Under the pieces are notes generated by a model. That model made no database searches and was not told where the DNA came from. It saw only the letters and a list, made by a program, of their open reading frames with translations. The position numbers were made by a program, and so were the translations under genes. DNA of 64,000 nucleotides from Paraspadella gotoi (lineage: Eukaryota; Animalia; Chaetognatha): contig CM119268.1 of NCBI GenBank assembly GCA_051294375.1, forward strand, positions 5,316,496 to 5,380,495, in the 5' to 3' direction. Shown here piece after piece: positions 1 to 19,100 of the stretch. Each line of letters opens with the position of its first letter. Position 1 is the stretch's first letter.

Positions 1-896
1 GAATAGACAAAATAGCAAAATTTCACTTTCGACGACTATTTAAAAATATTTTGCTTTGTTTAAAAAATAATTAAAAATTATTTTACCCTACATTACCCTA
101 CCCACGCCGCTTTAACGACCCTAACCCATCTTTTAAACCTTAACCTAAACCCCTCGGCGAAAGTAAAATTAACCCGAATTGGCGATTTATTAATTGTATT
201 CTTTTAAGGGTTTGGTTTTCAACTGTTTAAATTGTTATTTTAATTTTTTTTTTAGTTCTTTCTGTAATTAGTAGGACTCTTTTCTAAAAATGACAAATTT
301 TATAATTGTAATTAATAATAATAATAATAATTAATTAATAAAATGATAACCATCATTATAATGATAATTATACATAGTAATATCGACTATGTACGCCTCT
401 TAATTAAAGTGAGCGACCGCTGCCCCCCCCCCCCGCCTCGCCCCGCCGCCTCAGCCGCAGCCCTAAAATATCCGCCGCTGTTTTTTTCCGTTTATGCATT
501 CAGTCGTCTTCCGCTTCCCGGGCGACCATCTCTTTTTCTCCGCCGCCGCCGCGCGCGCGCCGCCGCCGCCCCGCCGCCGCGCCGCCGCCGCCGCCGACCA
601 TCGGGCTCAATTATTCTCACAAAGCTTCGAAATCATGAACAACCCTCTCACTCCCTCTCGCTCTCGTAACCCCTTCTCCCTCCTCTCCTCCCCTCTCCCC
701 CTCCCTCTCGTTTTGTTAAAATGATAAATTCCCTCAATAAATAAATTAGGAGTTTAATATTCACTTTTCTATTGCGGTTGCCTTTCACCGTCGTCATCGT
801 CGTCGTCGTCGTTCGCGTTTCCGAATGAAGGAGAAATCCGCCATCTATCCTCTCCTCGCCTCCTCCTCCTCCTCCATCCTCCCCACCGCCATGGAA
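1..896. repeat. Copy 1 of a ~900-bp direct duplication (copy 2 at 2741-3602)
   Basis: AGACAAAATAGCAAAATTTCACTTTCGACGACT...CCCCACCGCCATGGAA is collinear with 2741-3602. The differences are mostly 1-nt indels. Confidence 0.9.
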
Positions 897-1475
897 GGGC
901 ATCTCTCTCTTGTTTTTTCTCATAATTCATTTAAGAGGATTTTTATTAATTCGAAAAATTCGCGATTAAAACCTCGTAATTGTGTTGACAATTTTTAAGT
1001 TAAAGGAGATCGAGGCATCATTATTGTTTAATCTACACACATTCAACGATTTAAATAAATATTTAGCTCAGATAATTGTTTATTGAATGAACCAATGAAT
1101 GAACTATTTTATATAGATTGTGCTAGTCTCATAAGCAATCAACGAAATTAAAAGTTATTACATATCTTTTAATACTTTATTTTTATTTATTACGTTAATG
1201 TGTTTTTTTTTTTCAATTTTATTTATCGTAATCATTGACTCGTAAAGCGACACACGGATTCAATTCAGTTTGCCCCCCGTCAATTTTTTAAACCATGAGT
1301 CCATGATGCAAAATAAACGGAGAATAATCTCTGCTGTGGATTTTTTAGATTATAGTAACTGGATTATGAAAGCTTTTCCACGCAGCCTTAAAAAAGTCCG
1401 CATGAAAAGGATAAAAAATAAATCCTTACTCCAAGATTTACTGAAAGCCGGCCCTGTTCTTCGTCTGGTCTGTCT

Positions 1476-1545
<70 letters not shown>

Positions 1546-1729
1546 GCTCTTCGACTTTACAGCGACATCTGCGAAATACTTTCTCGGTCAAACCGCCGAA
1601 AGAACAAAAGAAAGAAAAAGGGTGAAATCGTAAAAGGGTATTGAAATTCTCAGCTGTTCTCATCAGAGATCGGAAATTTGGGTCTCGCGGTTCAAACCGC
1701 CCACCGAAAGAGCGATTAGTCCGTTTTTA

Positions 1730-1767
<38 letters not shown>

Positions 1768-2740
1768 ACCTTTCAGTATCATATTTAAACCTACGCAAAT
1801 ATGACGTATTATTTATCATACAAATTGACTTTACCTCGTTTTCATATGAAAGAAAAACATCAAATTAACAATTAAAATCACGGGACTTTTTTTATTTTTT
1901 AAAAAACTTTTTCTCCTCTTTTCCTTATATTACTCTTCAAATCAGAATTCAAATTAACTTTCTTCCAATGTATTAATATATTAATGACTTGTGTTTGACG
2001 GGTTTCGCTCTTATTATACATTTAAATATATTTAAATTATTCCGGAATAATCAAGAAAAACGAAAAAAAAAGTCCAGGTGTCGAAATCCTTCCACGACGA
2101 CAAGTTGCTCTGGTTGTTGTTGTCGTTGTTGTTTTTATATAATATTTTAATGTTAATGAAGTGAAAAAAAAAAATCATTAATAATTCATTTGGTCTCTCA
2201 CTAAATCTTCTTCACGACTTTTTTTTATATTTACTATGCTTTTTTCATGCCTTGCCCTGCTTTTTCCCCAACCTCGCGACGACGACCATGTCATGCAACA
2301 ATATTCCATGTCATGCATCACTATTCCATGTCACGTCGTAAAGGATTATCTTCGCAAGAAAAGAAAAGAATTACTTTTTATGTTTATTTTTTCTTCGTTG
2401 TTATTCTTTTCGTCATGTCATTAATTCACAATGAAGAGTCACCGGAAGCTTTTTTACAATTTTGTCGAAAGTACGATAAAAAAAAATGAATTCGTCAACG
2501 CGTTAGGAATACAATACGTCGTTCCATAGTTTACATTAAGAACCTTTTAGTCGTAAAGGTTTACCTACGAAACTACAGTGAGAAACTGTAAAAACGAAAC
2601 GACCACCGGAACTGGTTACAGTCTAAAACCTTTGAACGGGGAAGATAATTACTCTTTCTCTTCTCCTCCTCCTCTTCCTCCTCCTACTCTTCCTCCTCTT
2701 CTTCTTCCTCTCCCTCCGCCCAAATTTGGAGAAAGGGAGA

Positions 2741-3272
2741 AAGAAAGACAAAATAGCAAAATTTCACTTTCGACGACTATTTAAAAATATTTGCTTTTTT
2801 TAAAAAATAATAAAAATTATTACCTAATTACCCTAACGCTTAACGACCCCTAACCCATCTTTAACCTTAACCTAAACCCCGGTCGGCGAAAGTAAAATTA
2901 ACCCGAATTGGCGATTTTATTAATTGTATTTTTAAGTTTGGTTTTCACTGGTTTAAATTGTTATTTTAAATTTTTTTTTAGTTCTTTCTGTATTAGTAGG
3001 ACTCTTTTCTAAAAATGGACAAATTTTATATTTGTAATTAATAATAATAATAATAATAATTAATAATAATGATAACCATATTAATAATGATAATATAGCA
3101 TTAGTAATATCGATCATTTTGTACGCTCTTCTTATATAAAGTTGAGCGAAACCGCTGCCCCCCCCCCCGCATCGCCTCCGCCGCCTCAGCCGCAGCCTAA
3201 AATATCCGCCGCTGTTTTTTTCCGTTTATGCAGTTCGTCTTCCGCTTCCGCGGGCGACCATCTTCTTTTTCT

Positions 3273-3308
<36 letters not shown>

Positions 3309-3602
3309 TCGGGCTCAATTTGATTCTCACAAAAGCTTCGAAATCATGAAAAGCCTTCTCACTCCCTCTCGCTCTCGTAACCCCTTCTCCCTCTCCCTCT
3401 CCCTCCTCCCTCTCGTTTTGAAAGATTTTTCTCTCTTTTCAAAAATAAATTTAGGAGGTTTTAATATTTTCACTTTTTCTATGCGTTGCCTTTCACCGTC
3501 GTCATCGTCGTCGTCGTCGTCGTCGTTTCACGAATGAAAGGAGAAACCGCCATCTCCTCCTCCTCCTCCTCCTCCTCCTCCTCCTCCCCCACCGCCATGG
3601 AA
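2741..3602. repeat. Copy 2 of the ~900-bp direct duplication
   Basis: Collinear with 1-896, including the (AAT)n, (GCC)n, (GTC)n and (CCT)n tracts. Confidence 0.9.
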
Positions 3603-4204
3603 CGCGCTTATTTACGACTTCAAATGTGATCACCCTTTGCGACGGGAAGGTCTCGGGATCGAGCCTCGAAAACGAGTCGTTAAAACGACGACGACAAACG
3701 ATCAAAACGACGACGACAGACCAATCAGAAACTGAGAATTGAGAATCACGTTTGAGATGAAGCATCTTTTGGTGTCGTAACTTTGAGGACTAAAGCGGTT
3801 TAACTTCTAAGTAAAAATTCACAGACAAATGATTTAACGTTTTAATAAATAATAAAATATCAAATGAGTACGGTTTTTTTCCCCTAACTTTTAAAAGCTC
3901 ACTTGAAACAAGAAAAAAATTGCGTTTGTCAAGGACTGTTTGAATTATAGTCAATAAAATGTTTAATTATTATTATTTGTTTAGGAATAGTTTTAATTTT
4001 TTCAACATTAGCTAACTCGTAAGTTACAATCATTCGTCAGAGACTTTACATTGATTTTGCATGGAAAGATAGGTCTTAAGAAAGTGTGAAAGGAAGATGG
4101 TTTAAATAATTAATACTTTTCCTATTTTTTTCTAAAAGTAGACGAGAATCTCGCTTAAAAAAAATTAAACATTTTTCTAATAGAGAATTCCGTTCAAATC
4201 TGAC

Positions 4205-4590
4205 TACCCAAATTGCAAACGCGTTTGCCAGAAATTCGGTTAAAAAACACTTGTAAAAACGCACGATTCCGAGAGTGTTGCATCTTAAGAGCTTGTCCTA
4301 TTCGTTTTATGGCATTTGATAAAGGATTTAATATCAAACAAGCCAGGGGAAATGCACTACTCATCTCCGGAGAATTTTCAAACCTCATTTTTACTATAGA
4401 AATGAAAGGGAAAGTTTTACAAACTTAAAATTGCAAACGGATTGCTATATGTTCCTGTTACATGAGCGACTTCGAATTTTCGCGAATTCTGATAGCTTTG
4501 TGTCTGAAGAGCTTGTCCTATTTTTCTTTTTTCATTTTATAATGATTTTGACATAAAATGATCAGGTTTAAATGAAATAATCAGGTTTTG
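4205..4590. repeat. Degenerate two-copy ~220-bp tandem repeat
   Basis: AAATTGCAAACG at ~4211 and ~4429, and AAGAGCTTGTCCTATT at ~4287 and ~4508, with similar flanks. Confidence 0.55.
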
Positions 4591-5930
4591 AATCTGCGAA
4601 ATTTTATTTTAAAAAGAAATTAAAAGGAAGGTTGAGAAAAAAACTGATTTTTCCTAATATCTTTTGAAGGAATAAGATAGAAGGATGGTAATAGTACCAA
4701 AATGAAGCCATAATCATAGGGCACATACAAGATACAATTTTAGAATTACTTATGCTGAAACCTCCTTACAGGGTGAGTGTCAAACTAAGTCAAAATTATA
4801 ATGAATTTTAAAACTAATGACACCCATAAGAATAAATGAAAATTTAATTCTTTTTTAATGATTCTTAAGAAAAAAGGCTAAATTGTACTCTAGTAAAACT
4901 TTAAAGTTTTTTGGATAAAGAAAATGTGAATTTTTTATCACTTAAATATTTGCTTGTCTGATTTTACAAGCATGCTTACAAAATTCTACAAAATATTATT
5001 CACCCCATCACAGCCTAAGTATTTATCTTCTTTTCCACCAGCAAAAAGTAAACATTATTTTATGCTAGAGAACAGGGATGTTTACTGAAATGAGCGGAAG
5101 ACATTCAACTTCTTCACTTTACTGTCATTTTTCAATAATAAAATAGGCGAATTTTTTTATTATTTTAACTCTCACAGGCTTCACAAGACATTTTACTTTC
5201 ATATATCCCAATGTTAATGTAATTTATTATATTTTTACCCAGAAATCATAAAATAACAGAAAGTTGTGGATTCCCTTCGTCGTTTAAAAAAAAAAATTAA
5301 CTAGCGGAATTATAAGTTTGTAAGAGGAAGTCAGAATCGGCGAAAATCTTAAAAGGCGAGAATGTTGAAAAAAAGGGTTGGAATTTTGATTGGTTTCCTA
5401 AGATTTCTCCACAACGTGTAGGTCCGATTAAAGCGAAACTTGAGATTTACAATATTCCCGTCATTCCACATCTATCGATATAAAAATATAAAAAAAAGTC
5501 ACTGGCTTCTTTTTCTATAACGGCTTCCTACTTAAAGTTTTTTTCCGTAATTTAGCAATGAGAAATGTCACTTTTTTTTCTGGTCACGTGCTTTATCATC
5601 AATGGCGATTTTTAAAGACATAAACATTTTACGTATTTTAAGCTGATAAAAGATTTGCAGATTTAATTTTAAATCATTTGCGGGACGGAGGTTTCGCTCA
5701 CCATTCACGAAAAGGGATGAAAGCTTTAACCAAACATAGTCTGTCCAAAGTCAGAGGCAAGATAGTTATTTTATTGAAAGAATAATTAATTTTTATGTAT
5801 ATTTCATATGATAAGACGTGTTTAACACGACTGTTAACAAATAGAAACGAACTAAAAGGAAAGTCGAGACTGCTAAAAACGAAACAGCTTGCGGTGAAAG
5901 AGGGGAAGGAGCGAGAGAGAGAGAGATGAG

Positions 5931-5965
<35 letters not shown>

Positions 5966-5987
5966 CGAGAGAGAGAGAGAGAGAGAG

Positions 5988-6024
<37 letters not shown>

Positions 6025-6128
6025 TGAGAGTGAGAGTGAGTGAGAGTGAAGAGAGAGAATCTCGCAAAAGAGGTTGATTGAATTTTCCCGCTACTGAAAA
6101 TAGCAAAAAAAAAGGAAGCATCTCACCT

Positions 6129-6197
<69 letters not shown>

Positions 6198-6302
6198 TGC
6201 CTTCCTCATTTCCCCTTTGACAAAAGGCTTATGACGAACTAAGCGGATTACGACCGCAGCGACGGAGAAAGGAAAAAGAGAAGGGAAAAAAGAGAAGAGA
6301 AA

Positions 6303-6456
6303 NNNNNNNNNNNNNNNNNNNNNNNNNNNNNNNNNNNNNNNNNNNNNNNNNNNNNNNNNNNNNNNNNNNNNNNNNNNNNNNNNNNNNNNNNNNNNNNNNN
6401 NNNNNNNNNNNNNNNNNNNNNNNNNNNNNNNNNNNNNNNNNNNNNNNNNNNNNNNN
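6303..6456. other. Assembly gap (N run) flanked by GA/CT microsatellites
   Basis: Run of n characters. Confidence 1.
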
Positions 6457-6490
<34 letters not shown>

Positions 6491-7126
6491 CTAAAAGACT
6501 GAGATAGTCACGGAGAGAGAGGGAGAGATTGAGAGAGAGACAGTCACAGAAGGGGAGAGGAAAAGGAAAAACTTTAAAATCAACGAAGATTGCTGTCAGT
6601 ATCGTATTACTGTATTGTATTACTGTATGATAAAGATAGTTGTTAATTGTTATATTTAGTTCTGATTTATTCCTTATGGTTAACGAAAGAGTAACGTGTA
6701 AACAGTTTGAAACTTCAATGATATTCAAAGAGTCAATGTTTCTGGTTAAATTAATTTTTTTTTAATGTTTAAAAAAAAGAAGAGAAAAAATTGTGTTTTT
6801 GCTGAAAATTGTATCCGTAGTAAACAAAAGGTTTGTCTATATTTTCTAAACATACTACGCTAATTGTTGGAAATAGGATGCCTTCTCGTTCACGCTCAAG
6901 GAAATTAAGAATATTTTAAATTTCAATGTTTTGTTTTTCAAATCGATTTATTAAAATCATCTCTAAAATGGTTTCGTCCGAAAAAAATTTATATTGAGCA
7001 AGCAACCAAGCATTATTAGGCAGGCGTCATTCGGAAAGCATCTTTTCACAAGCACTGGTTTTCAAGCGACGTTGAAAGAAAAAAAAACTGTCCATTTTTC
7101 CATTTGTTTCAACCTTAAAAAAGGAT

Positions 7127-7176
<50 letters not shown>

Positions 7177-7409
7177 AGGCCTAGAGTACCCTTCAAATCT
7201 TTTTTTTCCTGAAAGTAAACAAGTTTAGCAAAGTTTGACTGAGTGAGTTTTGAGAGAAAGGAAAAAAAAGTCGTGCGATTTTGAAAACAACTTTTCGAAC
7301 CCTATTCTCAGTGTCGACAAAAGTTTTTAAAAAATCGTGATTAGAAAACATTAATCTTTTTCGTTTAAATCATTAAAAAAAATTTGTTTGTTTTTAACAA
7401 GAAATTTTT

Positions 7410-7410
<1 letters not shown>

Positions 7411-7503
<93 letters not shown>
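7411..7503. repeat. (ATA)31 microsatellite
   Basis: Perfect trinucleotide run. It produces the spurious poly-Ile ORF. Confidence 0.95.
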
Positions 7504-8233
7504 GTAATCTTTAAGCGCAAAAATAGTTTAAAATTATTTTTTTATTCCATTTTTAAAAACTATTTCTTTAAAATTGTTTTGTAAGCAATAATCCGCGAGA
7601 CTCATCTGCGACCATTTCATTTTTTTCACAAAAAAAAAATCAATGTTGTCGCTCGTGTGACAAATTGTGAAATGTCTTTCAAACGACGACGACGACGACG
7701 ACGACGACGTCCCACACGCGATGACAGTTGGAAGTCCGTCGTCGTAAAAAACTACGAGGACCGTCAACTCAATGCCTAAATTCACTGATAAACTCTGGGC
7801 CAAAAAAAAAAAAAGCTTTAATTTCTTGGGCTTTTTTTTTTCCTTCAAATCCCGTTTTAATTCTAAATTTTCAATTATCCTCGAACAGAAAACTTGTTTT
7901 TTTTTTCTCTGAACTCTCGGCCTGAAAAAAATTACAAGAAACCTGGATCTTAATTTTGCTTTAAGTTTTATTATTCAAAAAAAGTGAATAAAATTCTTAT
8001 TTTTTTTCGGACGGAGGAAATTTATTAAAATAACCCAAAAATCTGGTAAGAAAAATATGATTTCAATCTTTGTAAAAATACTTGACATTTCGTGGAAATT
8101 GTTGGCTATTTGATAAATCGATCTCTATTCTCTGTGCTCGTGAAGACGTATTAAATTGAGCCACTGTGCCGAAAACTCTCTACTTTTCCATCTTTCAGAT
8201 TTTCTGTGATTCTCTTAATCTTTGTATCACCTG

Positions 8234-8324
<91 letters not shown>

Positions 8325-8327
8325 GCA

Positions 8328-12337
<4,010 letters not shown>

Positions 12338-13180
12338 TATATTTCCATCCCAATTTATACGAGCTATACGTAGTTTACACTTTATTCTAGTTGTTATTTT
12401 TCGAATATATTTTCGGCTATATCACTTAACTCCTTATTAATATTTTTCGAGAGACAAAGCTAAACAGCAATTTATGAAATGTCAAAATTATACAACAGTA
12501 AATGTGTATTTTTAAATTGACTAAATTAGTAATCAAATCGTTTTTTTTTATGAGAAGACGCAACTCGAGGGAAACCAATAAAAAAATAATTACATTGTCA
12601 TTGACGTTGATTCAATTAAAAAAATAAAACAAACGCGAAGTCATTTGTTGATAACTTACCCAACTAAAGTAAAAAAAGGCTGCGTCGCGCCATCTCTCGT
12701 CTAAAACAAAAAACATCAACTTAGTTTTCTTATTCGGCGACAGAGATTTTCTTCTTCTGAGTCGAACAAATAAACAACGTGAGAGGAAAATGCCACGCAA
12801 AACCTGATACACTTCGACCCTCACTTCTACCTTCTTCCTTCTTCCTCGCGAATGTCAAGGATTTTTAATGAGGTGGTCGGTTGTCGCTTTTTTTGTTTGT
12901 TTTTTTAATTTTGTTGATGCTTTCTTTTTTACAAAATTTATTAACGTATATGATGGAGCTTTTCATTTGACTGTTTTTACGCTACACTTGCTATAAATAT
13001 GTATTTCTAAATATGGTTGAAAAGTAGAAATTATCCATTTAATGTTTCTTTTTATTTCAGATAAATTTTCTCAGTGCCTAATTCTAATTTTTGAGTAAAA
13101 GGTCGGTGAAAGAAAATAAAAATCAAACTGAATATAGTGTCTAATGACTCGTGTCCTAAGAGCGTAAAGCAAGAGCCGTC

Positions 13181-16100
13181 ATGCCGCCCAAGCGTCGAGT
13201 TCGGCAAAAGCCCGCGTCCGCCGTCCCTTCTGCCGGTGGAAGCGGACCTGGCTCGGAAGGTGCTACTCCTCGAACTGCTGCGTCCCGCGCCAACCCCAAA
13301 TCGGTCCTCGGAGCGCGTAGGTTGACGCGACCGGAAAAACCTTCGAGTTCATCGACGCCGTCGAACGATTGCTCAAAAGTAAACAAACCGATCGCTCCAA
13401 CGACCGTTTCGGCGGCGGCTACTTTGGCAGGGCCGTCCCTTCCTCCTTCGGCGCTACCTTTACATGATTTCGCCACTCCGCCTCCAGAAGCCGCGCCCGA
13501 CGTGTCCACTCTACCGTTTTTAGCGGACCCTGCCAGACCACCACCTCCGGTGTCTCTTGAAGAGCCGCAAAAACCTCCTGCTCTCTTTCAGGCACCCCCT
13601 CACGTTGCTACAGAATCTTCGCGCGACAGTCCCCTGCCGTATTTACCATCTCCTAAGCCAATTGATTTAGTTACTCCAGTTGAAGTGTCGGTAAAACAAG
13701 AGGGAGATTGGAATTTTGAAGTGGTCAGCTCATCCGATTTTGGTGGTGGTGTTGACTCAAGAAATGACGTGCGCCACCTTCCGCTTGAAAACGTATCTCA
13801 CAATTCCTTTTCTTCCTTTCCTCCATCTCGCTTTTCACCGTTGCTTGGGGCCGTGGGTGGACAGGTGGACGTGAAGACTCTGTCTGAGCAGCAAGGATTG
13901 CCTTTTCCTCCTCAAATGGATCATCCAATGTCGCGACCTGCTGGAGTGAGACTCGATCCATTACCAAATGATTTTGAGAATGAAACGCCTCGGCTCCCAA
14001 AAGAGAAACAATCAATGCAAGAAGATGTCGTTTTGCCAACAAGTCGTGGTGATTGCATCGGTAATGAAAAATCTATTGTGCCTCTGGTCACCGATGACGG
14101 CATTCAGGGTGACGCAAACAATCCTCAGCTATCAATGGAATCTGGATCGCCACACCGTGAACCCTCGCCACCTCCACGTAGTTCTGGAGGCTCGGGTGGA
14201 GTACCAGATCTAGTGCCATATTCAATACAACATAATCACCCAGATGGACGACTTGTCTCTTCACCATCACCTCCTCTATTTCATCAGGGAGATGGGCAGG
14301 ATTTTCCTGAACCAAGTGTCACTTCCAGAGGCATAGATATGCCACCAGATCTGACAAATATGTCTACAATGGGAACACGTGGACCCGAGGTTGTTGAAGA
14401 TGCACAACCAGGTTGGTTTAGTCAACTCCACCAGCCATCTGCCATTCACTCTCAACCCAAAAACATATCTGTTCGGCGTTCAACAATGCCTCCACAAGAA
14501 ATTGTGTCTTGGCAGGTAGATTCAGCTGGTACAGACCAACCAGAAAATGTGGACGGGATTACTGTAGGTCTTGGCCAGGGACAAGTCCCAGAAGGGCTTC
14601 TTGCCTCTGTCTCTCTTTACGATGAAACACCAGCAAGAGATTCTAGTCCCTCCAGGACTTCTAATGGCGCTACTCAGCAATCAAGTCCAATGCGTGGCCC
14701 CCTGGCTTTTCCTTTTCAAGAATCGGGACATCTTTCTCCAGTGGGTCGAAGCATGCTCCCTGAAAGAGAACCTACTCCAGGATCAAATAATTTAGCTCAA
14801 CACTCTGCTGCCATAGCCATGCTGCCACCCACCCCACCTTCACTTTACTCATCCGTGCCAAGCATCATTCAATCCCATCCAAACCTACTTCAGAGGTCAA
14901 CCCCTTCTGGTGGACTGTCAGAAAACATTGGACCTGGGGATGGAGATGGTGCCGCTGCAGCATCTGACAATTCTGTTGTTCCTTCAGTGGTTAACCAACC
15001 TTCACATTCAGTTAATCACAGTTGCCTGAATATTGGATCTGCACCAGGTGCTACACTGATGGCACCCGGGGTCTCGAGTCCCCTTCATCATCCTGTGCCT
15101 ACTCGGGGTGCTCCTGAAGGAAGTAATGCTCCACCTCCCTTGGCGACTCTTGTGTCTGTATCACAGGCAGCTCCAGATGCTGGTAATTTAGTTGGAAATG
15201 GTGGAAGTGCTGACAATGATTCACCTTTAGTTCATGACTCAAACATTGATCATGTAGGTACTGTGGGAGTAGATCTCGATTCTGATTTAAATTTGCAACC
15301 AAGCTCTCGCAGTCAACAGCATCATCAGCAATCATTCCCCCAGCAACGTCAAAGTCAAGTTATTCATAATTTCAGGTCACATTTATTTCCAACAGTGGAC
15401 TCGCCTATTTCCTCAGGTGCAGAGCATCATATTGAACATGAGGCAGAGTCATCATCATCCCGCCCACCATCTAGAGATCGAGACAGTCCAGGTGTTGGAA
15501 GAGATGCCCCCAATCCTCCCCGTACCAATTCCCTCAGACAGCAACAGTATCAGCAACATACACAACCGCTACCAACTTCTAGAAATGCTCAGGTTTCAGA
15601 TGAGGTTGAGGCCATAGCGCGTGATGGGAGTGGCCCACAGAGCTCCAGTGTAAGGCCCAATCCTGGTGATCGCAAGATGGATCAAAGCTGGAGAAGGAAT
15701 GAGAGACGTGATGCTCCAAATATCCGTGACAACGCCAGAGATATGGCTAATAGACCACCTAGTCGTAGGCCTCAGCATTCAAAGGGAAAAACTGATGTGC
15801 GGGAAAACCGTGAAAAAGAAAAATCTCGTCATCAAGGGGATTCCCGTCGTCGTCATGCAGATTCATATTATAACTCTGGCGAGAGCATTCATTCCCAAAG
15901 CCCATATTCATCAGATGATAATGATAATCATCCTTATGATGGACGCCGACGCCCTAGTCGAAAGGCCCACAGTCATAATTATGCAAATCGAAGTACTAGC
16001 CGTCATCGTGATCGTCATGACCGGAGTTGCAGCCGTGATCGACACTGGGGAGCACCTGATGTAAATGACCCATTTAACAACTCTGGCAGTGAATACAATG

Positions 16101-19100
16101 AACGTGGACATCGGAGTCGTGGGAATGGAAAGAGCAGAGGGGATGATTACAGTGATTATAATTCTAAGAAGAGTGACAAAAGTTTGAACAAATCAGGTCG
16201 TTCTTCACGTCCAGAAAGTCGTAATTATTATGACTACCAAGCAGACTACAATCGTCAATATTATGATTGGTACAATCAATGGTACCAGTCAATGGGAGAA
16301 AATGCTATGCATGCTGGATACTATGCTGAACTTCAGAGAAGTCAAAATGCAACATTAAACCATTCTAATACTGATCGGGTGCAGCACAATTATGAAAGTC
16401 CATATCGGCCTGGAAGTCGAGGTGTTCCAAATGATATTTCAGCTATTGGTTACCCACCTGAATTTCCTTACAGTAGTTATGCCCCATTTCCCTATCCAGG
16501 ATATTATCCAGGTTACCCTGGTTATCCAGGATATGGTTACCCTCTCCCCCGCGCCAGAACACCACCAAAATTTTCTGCACCTCACGTTTGTGCTCGCTTT
16601 GGTCTAGGTGGACTTCATCTTGTAAAGGTTCTTGATAATTCTCCTAAATATGGTCAACCATGTGTTGTTGAGATTTTACAAATTGAAACTACTGCTTTGC
16701 GAGAGGGACTTTCAGATGATATTACATCGTTTCCTGGCCCTCTGTCTAAACGAAAACCACATAAGCCTGATTTGGTCAGATTTTGTCGTGAGCGTGCAGA
16801 TAAATATGGGGGAATTGATCCTAAAATGAAAAGAGATGATGGCTTTGACCCTTCCACCTTGCAAGATTCACAGGGCAAAGAGCTATTATGGCGATTTATG
16901 GAAGCAATGGTAAAACAGAATGGGAAGGTTTTGGGGCCAGATCTTGCAGAATTACTTTTGCAGGGTCGTGAAATTTTGGTTGGACGATCCATGACTAGTC
17001 AAAGAAAAATACAAAGAAACACTGTGAATGGTAGTCATCAGTCCTTAGATGGAGAAAATGCTAAGCACTTGGGCAGCCATTCAAGTTCCTCCTCCGTTAC
17101 AGATGTCAGAATTAATAACCCATCATTAAACCTTAATCATTACAGAGAGTTGCTGGCCTTTGGGAACAAGCGCGAAGCAGTAGAATGGGCTTTGAGACAT
17201 GGTGCTGAATCTCATGCTTTCTATCTTTCAATGCTTATTGATTCAGTGACGCCAGGTCCAACTATGGCTGATGTTGTTCAACGTTTAGAAGCATCCCTAC
17301 CTTCTAATGATCCAATTTTGACAGCTTATTTTCTCATGAGTCATCGACAACCTCCTGCCATAGCCAAGATTTCAGATGATTCTTTTGGAGATTGGCGACC
17401 TCACATGGCCGTTATTTTATCAAATCTTTTAGATGAAATTAGAACCCATTCTTTGTTGTCGCGATCTGTAATTACTATGGGAAATTCACTTACATCTGCT
17501 GCCCGTATTCCATCAGCACATTTTTGCTACTTAATGGCTCAATCTGGTTTTGGATCATACACGAGGAAAAATGCCAAGATTGTTTTAATTGGTCAAGATC
17601 ATACCGTGCCATTCGGAGAATTTGCAACAAATGAAGGAATACAACTGACTGAAATTTATGAATATCTGATGCAGCTCGGTCGCCCTAATTTTGAAATGCC
17701 TTACTTTCAACCTTACAAATTGCTCTATGCATCTAGATTAGCGGAGTTGGGTTACTTCAAAGAAGCTTTGCTTTATGCTGAATCTGTTGCCAAGTTCCTG
17801 ATTCAAACTTACAATAAATATCCAATGCCAGAACTTACAAAAATGGTGTTTGATTTTGGGGTGAAACTTAAGTTTTTTGATCCTTGTTTAAGACAATATC
17901 CTTTGGGAGGTGCCAGCAAGGATATTCTTCCGGACTGGCTTGAAAGGCTGTCAGTGCTTTTAAATGAGTTTAATGAAAGAGATTGGACAAATAATCCTGT
18001 GGAAGGAGAAGATGTTTCTGCCTCTTTTAATCGCCTAACAATATTTGATTCAGCCTTAGGATCTACATCACCATCTACAATACCTTTGGGAACAATGGCA
18101 ACCTCCAACATTATTGCTGCGCCATCAGCTGATTCGGAGACTTATTCTCAAGCTCCAAAAAATGATATTGCAATCGCTGAAGAAGTTACAAAAGAAGAGC
18201 CCGTTTTAGAGGAAGATAGAAAAGTTGTAGGATGGCAACCAACGCCGAGTGCTCCACCAAAGGCAAAAATACCTGCCATGAAAGACCAATCTAGTGAATC
18301 ATATTCTGTGGTCGCTGAACAATATCCGCCGCCACCAGAACCAATTGAGTCTAATGAACCGGGGCCTGAACAGTTTCCTTTAAGCATGGGAAGTGGTCCT
18401 TGTAACACAAATCCTCAACAATCCCAATTGCCTAATTCGGATAATTTGGTAACAGGTCAAATTCCAGACCCTATTATGTCTATTGAGCATGTTGCTCATG
18501 TTCCATCATCATTGTCCCTCACTTCGACATCAACCCTAGATTCGTACGCCACTCCAAGGACGATACAAAACTCAGATGGATCAGATATATTTCCAACTCC
18601 ACCAGAAGATCCTCCAATTATCGAAAATAGTTCTGAATCAATGTATATACAAAATCCTCGTTATTTTCCACTTCCAACTTCAATTCAGTTGCCTTTAAAT
18701 GAGGTTCCACCCCCTAATCCTATTAGATCGTCCTACAATGCCTACGTGCCCCCTGCCCAAAACCCGTCAATGCATGTTGTCCATTCCGTTGCCAATCCAA
18801 ACGAAAAAGCAGCATCATTTCACCCAGAACCGTCTAGGTCGCGCCAAAATTCTGAGACCGGCCCTCCTCTCTCCAGAAAAAGCTCGCAGGGTCAGTTTTC
18901 TCGGCAAAGCTCATTAGAAAGTGGAGCCAGCAGTTCCAGCAGTGCTTTCCGGGCGCCAGGTCTGCCGGCGTCCAGAAGTAATAGGGCGGGCTCTAGATCA
19001 AGGCAGTCGTCCGTGACTGACGATTTGAGTCGGGGACAACTGCCACCACCTTTAAGTCGTACCTCCACCGTCGCCTCTATCAGTTCAGCCTCTATCCCGC

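Noticed and set aside
85-155. Telomere-like TAACC(C) repeats (also ~2820-2880)
   Set aside because: Short and highly degenerate, not an array.
8324-8325. Unpaired (trans-splice) acceptor before the TMEM121 ATG
   Set aside because: A good cis donor (TG|GTAAGA at ~8046) lies upstream, so it is not counted as operon evidence.
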